Source of the DNA: Scyliorhinus canicula
Lineage: Eukaryota
Direction: 5' to 3'
NCBI RefSeq assembly: GCF_902713615.1
Contig: NW_024055455.1
Location: forward strand, 1 to 47,024
Length of the DNA: 47,024 nt
Every line of letters begins with the position of its first letter. The first letter of the stretch is position 1. Below, piece by piece: positions 45,595 to 47,024 of the stretch. The position numbers and the translations under genes are program-made. The notes under the pieces were generated by a model, which saw only the letters and a program-made list of their open reading frames with translations, was not told the DNA's origin and made no database searches.

Positions 45595-46289
45595 TATATA
45601 TGTATATCCAACATATTTCGACCCAGTTCATAATGTTGAACACTTCTAACAAATCTATGTGGCTTTATCTCCATATTTCTAACGATCATACAGCTTCTAC
45701 AAAGATTCATTCAGAATCGAAACGTCAGATCCCTTCTCTCTCCTCAGATACTGTCAGACCTGAGGAGATTGTCCAGTGTTTTCTGTTTTTGATACAGATA
45801 CACATGTCGGCTGTTCCTCTTTTTGAGGATGACGCCTTCTCAGCCTTTGGTGTTTCTGCCACATGTCAGTGTTCAAGCCGCTTTTCCACCACAGATCTTG
45901 GCAGACCTGGAGACCTGGTGCAGGATGCCCCAGAAGAGTCTTCGACAGCAGGATTTTATAATTTTCCTTTCCTTCTCTGCCGCCGGTCTGTCTCTTGATG
46001 AAGATTTTAGGGTACGAAGCATGAAAGGCCCTGACCCACCCACCTCATCCCACTTTCTTGCACTTAGCCCATAGCCTTGAATGATAAGACGTGTCAAGTA
46101 CTCATCCAGGTACTTCTCAAATGAAGTGAGGCATCCTACCTCTACCACTCTCCCAGACAATGCATTGCAGACCGTCACAACTCTCTGCATCAAAAAGTTT
46201 GTCCTCTGGAAGGTTGAACTGGTGAAACTTATCGGGCATTGGGTCTCTTCTCTTCGACAATGGTGACAATGAAGGGTTTTAACTAATGT

Positions 46290-47024
46290 GGAAGGGGGAT
46301 GAGATCCAATGTAGGAAGTCGGAAAGAAGTAAAACAGGGCCAGAAACAGAAAGCAGTAAGGGGGAAAGTGCGAGGCAGAGAAGCCATAGTCAAAAATCAA
46401 AAAGGGCCACAGTACAGGGTACAGTGACTGAGGAGAGTGTGAAAAGGGATGTGGCCAATGCAGGATTGAGGGTGTTGTACCTAAATGCACGCAGTATACG
46501 GAACAAGGTAAATGAGCTTGTTGCGCACATTGAAATTGGCTGGTACGATGTTGTGGGCATCACAGAGACGTGGCTGAAAGGGGATCAGGGCTGGAACACT
46601 AAATATCCAAGGATACGTGTCCTATCGGAAGGACAGGCAGATGGGCAAAGGGGGCGGGATTGCATTGTTAATAAGGAATTAAGTTAAATCGATAGAAAGG
46701 AGAGGTATAGGATCAGAAGCCATGGAATCTCTGTGGGTAGAGTTGAGGAATCGCAAAGGTAAAAAGTCCCCGATGGGAGTTATGTACAAGCCCCCTAGCA
46801 ATAGTCAGGATTTGGGGCAGAAAATAAATCAAGGGATAGAAAAGGCATGTAAAAAAGGCAATATTACAATAATCATGGGGGACTTCAATATGCAGATGGA
46901 CTGGGAAAATCAGGTTGATAGTGCATCCCAAGAAATGGAATTTGTGGAATGTCTAAGAGATGGTTTTTTGGAGCACCTCGTGACAGAGACTACTGGGGAA
47001 CAGGCAATTCTGGATTTGGTCATG
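46290..47024 (+). mobile_element. CR1 ORF2 endonuclease region, frameshifted, running off the window
   Basis: LYLNARSIRNKVNEL, VGITETW, YKPP, IMGDFN motifs. Confidence 0.88.

Noticed and set aside
45873-46490. 205-aa minus-strand ORF
   Set aside because: Composite of antisense CR1 endonuclease-proximal sequence and an old CR1 3' fragment.

Overview
Vertebrate genomic DNA. The repeat content (HE1-like V-SINEs, Deu-domain SINEs, CR1 LINEs, Penelope-like elements) and the antigen-receptor genes point to a cartilaginous fish, probably a catshark (inference). A 100-N scaffold gap (17182-17281) splits the window. Left of the gap are degenerate C2H2 zinc-finger genes, a housekeeping-type promoter, an intron-containing tRNA-Pro(CGG) gene and a near full-length CR1 interrupted by a chimeric CR1/Penelope insert. 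Right of the gap is part of a T-cell receptor alpha/delta V array. It holds four V genes with leader exons and RSSs: one lacks the first conserved Cys, and two are the copies carried by a ~5.3-kb inverted duplication. It also holds two V pseudogenes and two orphan leader exons. The most notable feature is an apparently intact IgH (IgW-like) V-D-J minicluster with 23 / 12-12 / 23 RSSs, one D and no constant exon seen, lying 3 kb upstream of a same-strand TCR V pseudogene. This layout parallels the NAR-TCR cassette but uses an IgW-type V. All family assignments are from motif recognition, not database searches.
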